Shown here piece by piece: positions 51,071 through 64,000 of a stretch of DNA of 64,000 bases; the stretch's first letter is position 1, and each line of letters starts with the position of its first letter. The notes under the pieces were generated by a model. It was not told where the DNA came from. It saw only the letters and a list, made by a program, of their open reading frames with translations, and made no database searches. The stretch spans positions 1,426,001 to 1,490,000 of the forward strand of contig NW_025765403.1 in the NCBI RefSeq assembly GCF_003918875.1, given 5' to 3'. A program made the position numbers and the translations under genes. The DNA comes from Haliotis rubra. Taxonomy: Eukaryota.

Positions 51071-54000
51071 ATGGACGAAGAAAGCGCGGACGAGCAAGCA
51101 CTGCCAAGGAGGAGGTAACTATGACAACCCAGACAAGCGTGACATACAAATATACATGTACACAGAAACGGTATTTCTGAGGTTATAAATAATTATTATA
51201 TTAGTATTATTACACAAGAAGAATATATGTTTAGCTGCTGTAACAGTGATTATATGATACAAGTATTGGCCGTATATTTGAAACTTGCCTGATTAAACAA
51301 CTATCTCAAGAAATATCCTTTCTCATAGTGAGTGAGTAAGTAAGTGAGTTTAGTTTTACGCCGCACTCAGCAATATTCCAGCTATATGGCGGTGGTCTGT
51401 AAATAATCGAGTCTGGACCGGACAATCCAGTGATCAACAGCATGAGCATCGATGTGCTAATTTGGGAACCGATGACATGTGTCAACAAAGTCAGTAAGCC
51501 TGACCACCCGATCCCGTTAGTCGCCTCTTACAACATTACAGAATAATATAGTATGAAAGTAACTAATATAGCTGCATAAAGCATCAAAAGGTATCTACTC
51601 AAATTAGGAAATACCTAAGAAATGTAAGGTTTATTATATTTACATATATATTGTTATACAAAGCCACTCGTACAACATCCAGTTCGGAAATACATGTATT
51701 TAGACAAAAACACAAAGCGAGATTGTTCACAACCGTAATACTTCTTTTGCAATGTTTACAGAGGTGGCACTAGTGGACGTGCGGGTAGGGGAAGAGAAAG
51801 AAGGCAAAATACACCAAGGGGTCCCTCAAGGATTACAGCTGGTACACTAAGAGACATGAAATCTCAGGATCCTGCTGAAGTACTCACCCGGCTGAGCAGA
51901 CCCAACAGTGGACTGATGGAGTTTCTGAAGCAGCAGGATCTCAGCGTCGATGGAACCAAATTAGCCCTAGCCGCACTAAGTAAGGCCTGTCTGTGTGAAT
52001 CAATGCCCGAGGGATTGAATACGATGATCATGACCGTCCTCCTCACACCATTTTTAGAATCTACTTTACTTCGTCTCCTCACTCAGCTGATTATGGAACC
52101 ACGTGGCGACAATGGTGTGGTCAGAGACTGTTTGCCACTTATGAAGGAGATGCTGAGTAAAATGCCAACAGAAGGTTGGGGCAAAGTTCAGACGATTGCT
52201 GTCTTAGTGCAGAGCCTATGGGAGAAAGGTGGCATGAAAGACGAAGATCTCAATAAAAACATGCTTGAAGTTTCCGACCTCCTCCTGAAGTCTAAACCCC
52301 CTCCTCCGACACCAGCAGAAGGAGCAACAGGTGGCCCAGGTGTCAATGCACAGAATGAAAACCAACCACCGCCTGAGAACTTTCGTGAACTACCAATTAT
52401 TCCTCGGAAAGATGAATTGGATGGGACAACGGAAGTTTTTCTTCTCCCAAATAAAGTGGAAGGTCCTTTTAGGGACCTTGAACATTATCTTGAATGCCAG
52501 TTTCGTCTTTTCCGAGCAGATGTAATCATACCACTGAAACAAAATATTGTCGACTTTCAAACTGTTTCTGAAAACACGTCAGTTGGATACAGGATCTACA
52601 CAGATGTTCAGATTATCAGACCTGTTTGCACACACAATGGTCTTGGGTACAGGCTTGCCTTTGATACCAAACCGCTACGACGTGTTAACTGGGATGCAAC
52701 AAGGAGGCTGTTATTTGGGTCACTACTTTGCTTGTCCTCAGACAATTTCAAAGATAACATTTTCTTTGCCACAGTTGATCAAAGGGAGAAGGAAAACCTA
52801 AAGAATGGACTTGTTGATGTGCAGTTCATCTCCCAGTATGATGAGGTGGCACGGATAACTCGGGACGAAAGGTTTGCAATGGTGGAGTCTCCTGCCTACT
52901 TTGAATCCTACAGATATATACTAGAGGGAATGAAAGATCTCACAGACAGAAACTTTCCATTCCAGCGGTACATTGTCGAGTGTCAAAATGATGTTCAGAA
53001 ACCGCGGTACTTGCGGGAACAACAACATGCTCTGTATGACTTGCGACCTCTTCTGGATGACGATCACAAAATAACAGATTTAGCGGACACTGCTAGTTCA
53101 GATAGGGCTTTTCCAGCAGGATCAGATATAGCAAAGGATGTGAATGTTGACGACATTTCAACTTGGCCAATGCCAGATTTTCTACATCTCAACGTCTCCC
53201 AGCATACAGCTTTGAAAAATGCCTTAATGAGAGAATTTGTTCTCATACAAGGACCTCCAGGTACAGGCAAGACATACCTTGGAATCAAAATCATGAAGAC
53301 TCTGCTCCATAACTCACAAGTGTGGCTTCAAGGACAGGACAATCTGCCAATTCTTGTTGTATGCTATACCAACCATGCATTGGATCAGTTCTTAGAAGGG
53401 ATTTTGAAGTTTTTCAAAGGTAGACTCATACGCGTTGGTGCTCGAAGTAAGAGTGAAACCATGCAAGAATATTCCTTGAAGAATGCTAGGCAGAGAGTAA
53501 GAGATCTTAGATCCCTGCCTATGACTGTTCATGCAGGGAAACTGGAGACTCTAAGAGCAATGGAGAGCCTGAAGGCAGAAATTCATACCACAGCAGCCAA
53601 ACTTGAAGTGGCAGAGAGAGAAATTTTGCATGAACGTTGTTTGAAAGGCTTTATGACAGAAGCCATAGCAAGCTGCTTCACTGTTGGGAATGACTATGAA
53701 ACTTGCCAGATAGCTGTTTGGTTAGGGATCAAGAAGCGATTGTTTGATATTGAAGATAGGGGTGAGTATCTTCAACACGAACTGGAAGAGCGGAAGTTGG
53801 CAGATGAAGGGGAGGAAGAAGAGTATGAAGAAGAAGAAGAGATGATTAATATCGAAGTAAATCACAGCCAGAGAAGGTTAGAGGAAGACTTGATTGATTC
53901 AGATGATGAATATGACTTCGATGATGTACTTACCAAAGCACAATCATTAGATGCTGATATTCAGCATGTTCGCAGGGAATGCATAGGGTTAAACATAACT

Positions 54001-57000
54001 AACCTCGATGCTTCCACAGTTACAATGTTCATGTCAAAACAACAGAAGAAAATCCAGGAGGACAAACAGAGGCAGAAGAGATCCCTGAAAGTCAGTCTCC
54101 GCGCGAAACTGCGTTCAACTGACAGAATGACATCACGCGAAGCTGTGAATGTACATAACATCTGGAGACTGCACCTAAAAGACAGGTGGAGGTTGTACAG
54201 ATATTGGGTGGATGTGCTTTGTCGACAGGCCAAAGGTGAAATCAGAGACAAAGAAGGTGATTACAGGCGTCTGACTACACAATACAAAGAGGTCTTAATG
54301 CAAGAGGACAGAACCATCCTTCAGAGCTGCTCCATCATAGGGATGACAACAACAGGTGCAGCAAGATACCAGAGGGTTCTGAACGAAATTGGTCCCAAGA
54401 TTATTGTTGTAGAAGAAGCAGCTGAAGTGCTTGAGGCTCATGTTATAGGCACTCTCAGTCGGCGATGTCAACATCTAATTCTCATTGGCGATCACTTACA
54501 GCTCAGGCCAAATCCAACTGTTCACAAGCTTGCAAAGAGGTACAACCTGGAAATATCCCTGTTTGAGAGGATGGTGAACTCTGGTATTCCACATGATACA
54601 CTTCTTTGGCAACACAGAATGCGCCCTGAAATAGCGGACGTTGTTCGGCCACTCTATAAGGATCTGAAAGATGACGAGTGTGTTAAGAAGTATGACAATG
54701 TGAAGGGTATTGCACACAATGTGTACTTCATCGAACATCAGCACCCACATGAATATGATGAAGAGACAAAAAGCTTTATGAATGAATATGAAGCTCAATA
54801 TTTAATAGGTCTCTGCAAATACCTTTTTAAGCAAGGTTATCATGCGGAGCAAATTACAATATTGACAACATATTCCGCCCAAATGCATTGCTTAAAGAAT
54901 AGGATGCCAAAATCACAGTTTGAAGGGGTGAGAGTTGTTTCTGTTGACAGCTATCAAGGAGAAGAGAATGATATTGTACTTTTGTCTCTTGTCCGCAGTG
55001 GAGATGAAACGAAAATTGGGTTCTTGAAAGAAAACAACAGGGTATGTGTTGCACTCTCAAGGGCCAAGAAAGGACTGTATGTTATTGGAAATTTCAATCA
55101 CATCACTACATACAGCCCACTGCTAAAGGACATTGCAGCAAATGCATCTGCGAAAAGATGCCTCGGCCCTGCTCTGCAGCTGTCGTGTCAAAATCACCCT
55201 GGTGATATGGGAGTTGGAGTATGTGATCCAAGTGATTTTGAAAGAGTCCCTGAAGGAGGCTGTACCAAACCATGTCTTTTCCGACTTTTGTGTGGTCATG
55301 TGTGTCCACGAATGTGTCACGTGATTGATGCAGAGCACAAATCCATCCTCTGTTCAAAGCCATGTAAACGACAATGTCAGAAATGTAAAAGTTACCACTG
55401 TGACCTCCCTTGTTACAAGCCGTGCAGACCCTGCCCTGTACTCGTGCAGAAAACCCTACCAAGGTGTGGACACGCTCAAATGATTCCTTGTGAAACGGAC
55501 GAGGGGAACTTCCAATGTCAGGAAACTTGTAGGGAGAGCCTACCATGTGGCCATGAATGCCAGGGCAAATGTGGACAGCCTCATCCGCCATGTACTATAC
55601 CAGTTGAAGTCTCCAAGCCATGTGCTCATACCATAGCTGTTGCTTGCAGTGATCGAGATACAGCTGCCTGCAATCATGAGTGTGGTGAAATTCTCAGCTG
55701 CGGTGATCCATGCAAGGGTAAGTGTGGTACATGTCACCAAGGGCGTCTGCATCAGCCTTGTCCTTCGGAATGTAAACGAATCCTCATTTGTGGACACGAG
55801 TGTCAGTCGTCTTGCAGTAACTGCCCACCGTGTACCAGGAGGTGCGAGAACAGATGCAACCACAGCAAATGTCCCAGGAAATGTGGAGATCCTTGTGCTT
55901 CCTGTAAGGAGCAATGCCAGTGGAAATGTCGCCACTTCAAATGCAGCATGCCGTGTGGGGATGAATGTGACAGACCTCGATGCAATGATTGGTGCAGGAA
56001 TAAACTACCATGTGGTCATTACTGCATTGGCGTTTGTGGTGAACCATGTCCAAAGCTGTGCCGAGAATGTGACAAGGAGAAAATGCCTGATGTGTTCCTC
56101 GGAAGAGAAGATGAGCCAAAGGCCAGATTTATTGAACTGGAAGACTGCAAACACATTTTTGAAGTCAGAGATTTGGATTTGTTCATGGACGGACCATCTG
56201 AAGACGAGGACAAGACATTAGTTAAACTGAAGGAATGTCCTAGATGTCTCACACCAATCAGAAGGAATCTCAGATATGGCAACGTCATTAAGCAGGCACT
56301 GTCATGTATTGAGAAAGCAAAGAGGAAGGTTATTGGCGATAACAAGAATGTGAAGGAGCTCAGAGACTCTATTGACAGGATGAAAAATCGGCTTCGTCCA
56401 GATGACTTGGGTCCTGTGAATGACCTCTTAAAATCTTTTTCGGTTCATTCAGTGACTATCCTGTCAACCCAAGATCGACAGATCCGTATCGTTAAGCAAA
56501 TATCCTGCATTGAAAGGACAGTGAAGGAGAGTCTCGGAAAATTCAAACAAGCTGGTAGTGAAACGTATGGAACTTTATTAAAGTGTCTGAAAGACTTCAA
56601 AGCTTGGGCCCTTCTTCCAAGGTCCTGTTTCAGCAAACAGGAGGTTCAGGATGCACAGAGGGAACTTGAGCGCTTGAGTCTGCTGAAGTACCTTATAGAC
56701 GCAAGGGAATGGATAGATCTTGATAAGAAGGACGTTGCTGTACGGATTATGAGGAACTTGGTAGCGACGATCAGGAGGCTCGAATGTCCCGCAAAAATAG
56801 AGGATGGCAAAATGGAGGATGCAAAGAAAATGAAGGAGGATGTAAAGGAGTTTGTGCCAGGGTCAGGCATCGGAGTGACGGATGAGGAACGACTGATGAT
56901 TGTAGAAGTTATGGGACTCAACAGAGGACAATGGTACAAGTGTAAGAGAGGTGAGTTGGTGCATTGGTAAGTTTTGTTTGGTTTTACTTTAAGGGTTTGA

Positions 57001-57506
57001 AATATATCTTAAGTTTTCACCAGCTAGTGTGACACTATATTAAGATTTGCAGACTGGTGTTATAAATCACATTTGAATCTTAACTAAGATAAATATTCGT
57101 CGAGACACCTGCCTGCAGCTTTGAGCCCTTTAGCTGCAATGGGGGGCAGTGTTTATGATTCGAATCCCATATGCGCCGAACTTAGAATAATTATTTTGTC
57201 CATTGTTATAACAAGTGTTCATGCATTTCATCGTGATTGTAATGGATAATTAACTTGACTGTATTGCTGACATATTTAATAGTTGTTTTATGTTTTTACC
57301 CAGGTCATGTCTATGCTATCGGTGAATGTGGAAGAGCATACGAGGAGGCCACGTGTCCCGAGTGTGGAGGATCTATAGGAGGGGCTGCTCATAGACTAAC
57401 AGAGGACAATGCCTGGGCTCCTGAGATGGACGATGCAGAGGACCCGCCGTGGTCTGAGGAGAGAGACTATATGCTTGCTCTGCAGCTTCAGTTTGGTGGC
57501 CGCTGA
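51071..57506 (+). CDS. ZNFX1: ZNFX1 paralog 4, uninterrupted, 1811 aa, intact RZ finger and MIU-like tail
   Basis: Exons 51071-51114 (MDEESADEQALPRR, ph2), 51762-56950 (ph1), 57304-57506, total 5436 nt in frame. All SF1 motifs, NF-X1 repeats, ELEDCKH...CPRC, QWYKCKRG|HVYAIGECG...CPEC...IGGAAH. Confidence 0.95.
51328..51532 (-). mobile_element. SINE-like repeat, family B (intronic)
   Basis: Homologous to other family B copies. Confidence 0.8.
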
Positions 57507-58981
57507 TCGCGATGTGCACGACATACGACTGCACCTGCATACACTGACGCCCCTGGCTGTTTGGATACAGTGCTTTCTTGTTTCACATTGACGTCAATAC
57601 CGACATAAGACTCTCCGGTGTGTTGTGGAGAGAAATCGAAACTGTCTTCAAGCATTACTGTTATTGCCAGTATGTAAATATGGATCAACATTATTACAGG
57701 ATAATTATCTTATCCTGTAATGAAACTAGTTTGTTTGACAAGTAGTCACCACAATACCTTTACCAACCACTTGTATTCGATGCATTTCAACTGTGATGTT
57801 GAACATCGAGGAATGTATTTTACATGGCTTTTGGAATTGTGTTAAAATAATTCATTTTCAACTTTGTTGAGTTTTCTGATAAGCCACTCGTCATGTATTT
57901 CATTCATTTTTTACATATAGCATAGCAAGCTGTTATTCTAGTTAGTGTTGCTTGTCTTCCCAAGATTGTTTTGTTTTTAATTTCATGTGGCTTTTTCCAT
58001 TTTATTGATTGATATTTTCTTGCTATATTGATATAGCAGCAGTAGATAATATTGCCATGTCAATTCTTCAAACGTTATTAACTCAAGTTTTATTAATTTT
58101 GTGAATAGCGGTTGATAACGGTTGGTCAGGTCACGCTTACCCTTCTCCCCTTCACGAAATGGAATCTGTCTTTGAGGATAGTCTGTGAATTCTATTGTAC
58201 TCACTGTATGTTTATATCTACATGTATTTTGTTTTGATCACACGACTGTGTTATTTGATGAATACTGTATATGTAATAACCTTCTATGGTTAACAAACAA
58301 ATGTTGCTTTAAGTAGGACTAGATAAGTGTTGTGAACAGTTTTGAACATCAGAAAAACCAATATTGATAGGATACAGACAACATGTCTGACAATCCTCCG
58401 TGCTATCTATGTCGTTGAGTCAGTTTTTTTAGAACGATTCCCGTGACACCCAAATGTTCATACTGGCGAGTATGTTAATTTTTCAGTTGATGATTATCTC
58501 CCTTTGTTCACTCAACACATGAAACGGATATGTTCAATGTGACTCTTTACTTTGATAATCATGTTTTGGTAAAATAATTGGTTTGTGAGCGAGACACTCA
58601 TTATTTTAATTTTTATAATACATTAGCCGTGTTGCCGTTTCAATTAAGATATCTATAATGCATTTTTTATAACTTTTGTGGTTTTATTGGTACACTTACC
58701 CAACTGACTTTTATTCCCACAATGCCTAACAGGGTCAGTATTCTGAATGTTGTGTGTGTAAATAAGAATTTGACAGTATTATTACATTTTAATTATTCAT
58801 TGTCAGATAGTAAAAAGAAAACAACATTTTTGTAGTATTCTGTGTTGTGCAACTTTATTACTTTATGGAGGAAGTATATATGTTTGTTTTGTCCTCCTTT
58901 ACATGCAATCATTCTCCAAATTTTCGGAAATTTTAGCTCACCTGGCCGATTTTTAGTAAGGAAATATCTCGATTAGTTTTG

Positions 58982-59128
58982 AGGGCGGTAGGGTAGCCTA
59001 GTAGTAAGGCGTTCGCTCGTCACGCCGAAGACCCGTGTTCGATTCTCCACATGGGCACAATGTGTGATAATGTCCCCCGCAGTGATATTGCTGGAATATT
59101 GCTAAAAACGACGTAAGACTAAACTCAT
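58982..59128 (+). mobile_element. SINE family A
   Basis: GGGCGGTAGGGTAGCCTAGT...GTTCGATTC...GATATTGCTGGAATATTGCTAAAA. Confidence 0.8.
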
Positions 59129-59718
59129 TTGATATTAAAAGACACTCGGGGTGTGTGTGTGTGGTGTGTGTCTGTGTGGGGGCGGGTGGTTCTCAATATG
59201 TTAAGAACAGTAGTGATTCGGTACATACATTTTCACAAAATACTTTCTATGGTGACAATCGGAAAGGAAACCCTTGAATACACTTCGGAATATTATGGTT
59301 TCTGAGGAGAAAATGTTCAGGTGAGCTAAACGTCAGGTGAGATTATCTTTCTTGCTCATATTTCCTGATAAAGGCACACACGTCAACTGGTGTATACCTG
59401 TAATTATATGTGGGCACACATTTGTAAGATCACCCTAAAATATGAATATTGTTGTCGAAGGTATGGTCTTTTGTGATGATGACACTCCTCTTATCTGGAA
59501 CTCCGGATAACTCGATATGGTCAGTATGATTTTGACTGAACGAGGTTGTAGAGTTCGATTGGGTTCAAAACATGTCCTATTTACCAGCTCGTTTCTTAAG
59601 AGAGCGTTAGTTTGATGTGATGTAAAATGCATGCATTATTAAATATCAGTCAAAATAAAGGTTTTTAACCAAACAACTAGTCGGTTTCATTGGTGTTCAG
59701 AGTCCTAAGTCAGTAAGA

Positions 59719-59992
59719 CAGTCTCCGTGGTGAAGTGGTTAGAGCGTCCTCCCGGAGAGCGGAAGGTCGCGGGTTCGATTCCCGACTGCCTCATACCAAA
59801 AGACTTTAACATATGGTACTTGTTAGTCCCTGCCCGGCGCTCGGCAGTAATGGGTTCAACAAGGACTGGTCGGCTCGGAGTCAGTATAATGTGTCTGAGT
59901 GGGGTATACATGCTCAACTGCGGCAGGGTATCTCAGTGAGATAGCACTATAAAACCAGCTTCAGTCTGAGCTAGTACAAGCAGCTACACATA
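59719..59992 (+). mobile_element. tRNA-derived SINE, third family
   Basis: tRNA-like head GTGGTGAAGTGGTTAGAGCG...GGGTTCGATTCCCG followed by a non-tRNA body (GGACTGGTCGGCTCGGAGTCAGTATAATGTG...AGCACTATAAAA). Confidence 0.7.
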
Positions 59993-60489
59993 CACCCGCA
60001 TAAACGTCGTCATATAAGCGATTATGCTTAAAGGTCACATGCAACCAAAAAATCAAACATAATTAAAACACAACTATCACTTATTCATGACATATAACAT
60101 ACATTGCTGATTATGAAAAAACATATAAACAAAATTATAATCGTACAATTGCAAATCAAAAGTGCAATATTTTGTACTTGGGTTTACTTCCCTCGAAACG
60201 AAGCATCCTGGATACCGAATCCAGTTAGAGCGGGTGGGTGTGCACTCAAGTGTAACGGCTGGTTCATTTGCCGGGGTGTTCTCTTTTTGCCGGCACGTTT
60301 TGTTTAGTGATTAAAATTACTGGACAGTATTAATCCTTCCAACAATGGGGATTAAAGCTATAGTCTGTAGCAGAAATGCAAGTATGCTGGCACTTGTATC
60401 ACAAGTATGCCGGCACATTTTGTATGCCGGCAATATGAGTCATTTGAAAATATGGTGACATCTTAAAGTTTACAAATATTCCATGTAAC

Positions 60490-61010
60490 ATCAGCAAATA
60501 CATAAATATGCGTTAAAATAAATATTTATGTGTAAATATACAAAAATGAATTATCTGACATATATCATGAAATTTTAAATCAGCAAATACATAAATAAGC
60601 GTTAGAAATAAATATTTATGTGCACATATACAAATATACAAAATAAATTATCTGAAACATATCATGTAATTTTAAATCAGCAAATACATAAATAAGCGTT
60701 AGAAATAAATATTTATGTGCACATATACAAATATACAAAATAAATTATCTGAAACATATCATGTAATTTTAAATCAGCAAATACATAAATAAGCGTTAGA
60801 AATAAATATTTATGTGCACATATACAAATTTACAAAATGAATTATCTGACATATGTCATGAAGTTTTAAATCAACAAATACATAAAATATTTATGGCACA
60901 TATACATAAATAAGCGTTAGAAATAATGTGCAAATATTTATGTCATGAAGTTTTAAATCAACAAATACATAAATAAATGGCACACCAGAAATAAATATTT
61001 ATGTGCATAA
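60490..61010. repeat. ~97-bp AT-rich tandem repeat
   Basis: AAATCAGCAAATACATAAATAAGCGTTAG recurs at 60577, 60674 and 60771, with degenerate flanking copies. Confidence 0.85.
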
Positions 61011-61475
61011 ATACATACATTCACAATCCCACCAGAATACACCCATTTGCCGATGCCCTCATTGTGTGTGTGTGTATAGAGAGATGCAATCAACAGACAT
61101 CATAACATGTCAAGTATCACACCTGCCTGTCTGTGTAATTACATAATGTGACAGAGACCGAACTCGGGCCATAAATCAATGCGTTTTGTTTATGGTGTAT
61201 AGCCTGATAGGTGTTAAGTTCAAATTGCATGTGGTCAGTGGGTTACGGCCCGGGAAAGCGAAATCTGGACTAAACCTCCTCAATTTAAGTGTGGCTTTCG
61301 CGGGAACGGCAAAGCTACAGTAAACACTGAATTTAGCGTTCACGGGACTCTCAATACACAAGAAAAACAAAGAAATGTGAGTCGTTTGATACCGTAGTCA
61401 TGGTAGAAATTCAATAAATAAATAACCATAAATGTTTGAGCCACAGGCTGTTCACCGGTAAGTCATATTGATGGA

Positions 61476-62050
61476 TCAGGTCAACGACGTGATCAGTGAA
61501 GTCCAGGACAGCAAACAGTAGACGAACTGGAACATGTGGCCTTGATACTCAGCATGCAGTGTGTAGATCTGCTCGAACAACCGGGGAGCTGAGGAGAAGG
61601 TGCCGTCGCCATACACTGTATCTGCTGTACACAGGCGCTCATTGTTCTTGTCTGTCGTGAAGATGATGATGTTGTCGTCGATTCGATGGAGGAAGGGTTC
61701 TCCTGCTTCGGCCAAGGTCCAGAGCCCCTCAAGCTGAATCTCACGTCCGGTGACAGGGAGTCGAGGAATGGTTTTGTGCCGTTGTCTGTAGAGAATGGTC
61801 TTGAGTGATGAGAAGGAAGGTATTTCCTTTAGCAGGTCGTCTGGAACAACAGTCAAATAAGTCAAACAACAAACAAATTTAAGTCAAACAATTTTTAGTC
61901 AAATTCGGATATACATTTAATATTATAATAATTCATGATAATATTTTTCTTACCTGCCAGACCTATTGAAGGATGCCATTCTAGGTAATCACTGACGCTT
62001 TGCATCCGGTGACTACACAGCTCCAATACTTCTTTTCTCGGAGGGGTTTC
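61476..62050 (-). mobile_element. Mutator/MULE transposase fragment
   Basis: IPSFSSLKTILYRQR...IPRLP...IIIFTT...LCTADTVYGDGTF...LFEQIYTLH...VYCLL is the N-terminal part of a MULE DDE domain; truncated; possible intron ~61852-61953. Confidence 0.75.
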
Positions 62051-62552
62051 CTTCACCTATACTTAAACTTGTCATAGATCAAGTGCTGAAACTTGAAACA
62101 ACTGAAACTTCATCTCAGTTAAGAGGCTCACAGGTCGAGTATTGGGGTCGCGCGCTAATCTGATGTAAAGCTGGTACAACTGAGGTGATAGAGTGAAGAC
62201 ATAGACGGAAAGATGGTACAACTGAGTTGATAGAGTGAAGACATAGACGGAAAGATGGTACAACTGAGTTGATAGAGTGACGACTAGTCTGTCTCACAGT
62301 CCCTGAACCACATTAATTTCCCTACTGCCAAGCCCTCTCTGCAGTGCTAAAGCCCTAAATAAAGCAAGTCTAGATTTCCTCAGGTTTTATAAATGGGCTT
62401 GATTTGTTACTATCAAAATTATATATATTCAGAGACTAAGCCTTAGTCTATCATGTTCCATTATCAGGCTGATGAAGTAGCCTGGAAGGTTGATTTACCA
62501 ACTTCTGTTCAACATGGTATCGTTTCGCATTCTTCTGGAAATCTCATCCGTA

Positions 62553-63165
62553 AAGAGGAGACTAACGGGATCCTGTGGTCAGACTCGCTGAATAGCGTAC
62601 ACGTAACTCTGTACCCGTGAAGACCCGGGTTAGAATTGGTCTTCAGTAACCCATGCTTGTCGAAGAGGCGACTAACATGATCGGGTGATCAGACTTGCTG
62701 AATAGCGTACATGTAACTCTGTACCCGCGAAGACCCGGGTTAGAATTGGTCTTCAGTAACCCATGCTTATCGTAAGAGGAGACTAACAGGATCGGGTGGT
62801 CAGGCTCGCTGATATGGTTGATACATGTCATTGTATCCCAGTTGCCTAGACCGATGATCGTGCTGTTGATCACTAGATTGTCTGGTCCTGGCCGCTGCCA
62901 TATAGCTGGGATATTGCTGCATGCTCAAGCGTGAGTGCGTGAGTGAGTTTAGTTATATTTCAGCTATGTGGCGGCGGTCTGTAAATAATCGAGTCTGGAC
63001 CGGACAATCCAGTGATCAACAGCATGAGCATCGACCTGCGCAATTGGGAACCGATGACTTGTGTCAACCAAGTCAGCGAGCCTGAACACCCGATCCCGTT
63101 AGTCGCCTCTTACGACAAGCATGGGTTACTGAAGATCAATATTCTAACCCGGACCTTCACTGGTG
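62553..63165. mobile_element. Family B SINE cluster: tandem partial + copies (62553-62925) facing a - copy (62930-63165)
   Basis: ACCCG.GAAGACCCGGGTTAGAATTGGTCTTCAGTAACCCATGCTT.TCG twice on +, and its reverse complement at 63100-63160. Confidence 0.8.
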
Positions 63166-63602
63166 CGGTGCTAAGCTTCAAGCCAAGTGGCACCATGTGT
63201 AAATGGCAATGAAACTGACGACATGGACGGCTTTATTGCGGCTGCATGTTCCATATTGCAACATCTGCCATCGTGACCGTTCGATTCTGATTTTCATCGA
63301 TCAAGTATCAATCTGTATTGTTTCAACAAGCCTTGATGGTGCCATTGTACCCACTTCTTTTTGAATTCCAGCAGTTTCCTGACTATATCCGAAGAATGTA
63401 TAGTCATACGACGGTGATTGACCAACATTTTACCAATGTTATTAGGGTGACTAGGATGGTATATGAATTTATATTGATCGGTGTTTTGACTCTGAGAGAA
63501 TAAGCAACGATAGATACGGTAAAGAATTTATATGATCAGTCAGATCACACAGAAAACATGATCCGAAAAAGCCTTCCAATTGCATTGTGAAAACTTTAGA
63601 GA

Positions 63603-63763
63603 TGGAGGGGTAGCCCAGTGGTTAAAGCGTTCGCTCATTAGACCAAAGACCGGATTCGATTCCTCATATGGGTACAGTGTGCACGTGTGAAGCCCATTTA
63701 TGGTGTCCCCGTGATATTGCTGGAATATTGCTATATGCGGCGTAAAATTAAACTCACTCACTC
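63603..63763 (+). mobile_element. SINE family A
   Basis: GGGGTAGCCCAGTGGTTAAAGCGTTCGCTC...GATATTGCTGGAATATTGCT...AAACTCACTCACTC. Confidence 0.8.
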
Positions 63764-64000
63764 TTTCACAGCATTATGAAGATGTGGTCCAGATATACTT
63801 CTGTACAAGGACCATACGATTGACACACATAATCTTTTACAAATTGAAAACAAGCCTCTTGAAACAAGCATGAATGCACATAAAAACAAGGTCTGCAATT
63901 TAGATCTGTGTCCTCTCTCAGTTTGCAGGTTGTACATTCGGCAATGTTTTGTTCATGCACACGAGTGAGTGACTATAGCTTTACGTCACTTTTCGCTATA

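Noticed and set aside
62610-62680. HDV-like or other ribozyme in the SINE-B 5' hairpins (GGGTTA/TAACCC, GTCG/CGAC)
   Set aside because: I could not fit the nested double-pseudoknot or any other known core by eye

Overview
Eukaryotic, intron-containing, repeat-rich invertebrate DNA. The SINE families suggest a gastropod mollusc such as abalone, but that is an inference. The window holds a head-to-tail cluster of four ZNFX1 paralogs on the + strand (ARM region, UPF1-like SF1 helicase, NF-X1 zinc-finger array, RING-like finger, RZ finger). Phase-consistent exon models were built by hand: ZNFX1-1 7916-14544, ZNFX1-2 20080-~26874, ZNFX1-3 32684-40080, ZNFX1-4 51071-57506. The helicase core is intact in all four, but both ends differ. 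N-termini: RGG tract (1), long Lys/Ser-rich disordered arm with candidate ribosome-docking motifs (2), two RHIM-like motifs plus a TRADD-N-like domain (3), short RG peptide (4). C-terminal RZ E3 finger: Cys-His dyad intact in 1 and 4, Cys missing in 2, His replaced by Gln in 3; paralogs 3 and 4 also end in a MIU-like ubiquitin-binding helix. Clusters of IRF/ISRE, NF-kB and STAT motifs lie upstream of paralogs 1 and 4, with single motifs before 2 and 3. Together this suggests an inducible, functionally partitioned antiviral RNA-sensor array. Six frameshifts in paralogs 1-3, five of them in homopolymers, are probably assembly errors. The rest is satellites, three SINE families, MITEs, LINE/Tc1/MULE fragments, a Penelope-type hammerhead-like inverted repeat, a SINE-28S rRNA chimera and two N-gaps.
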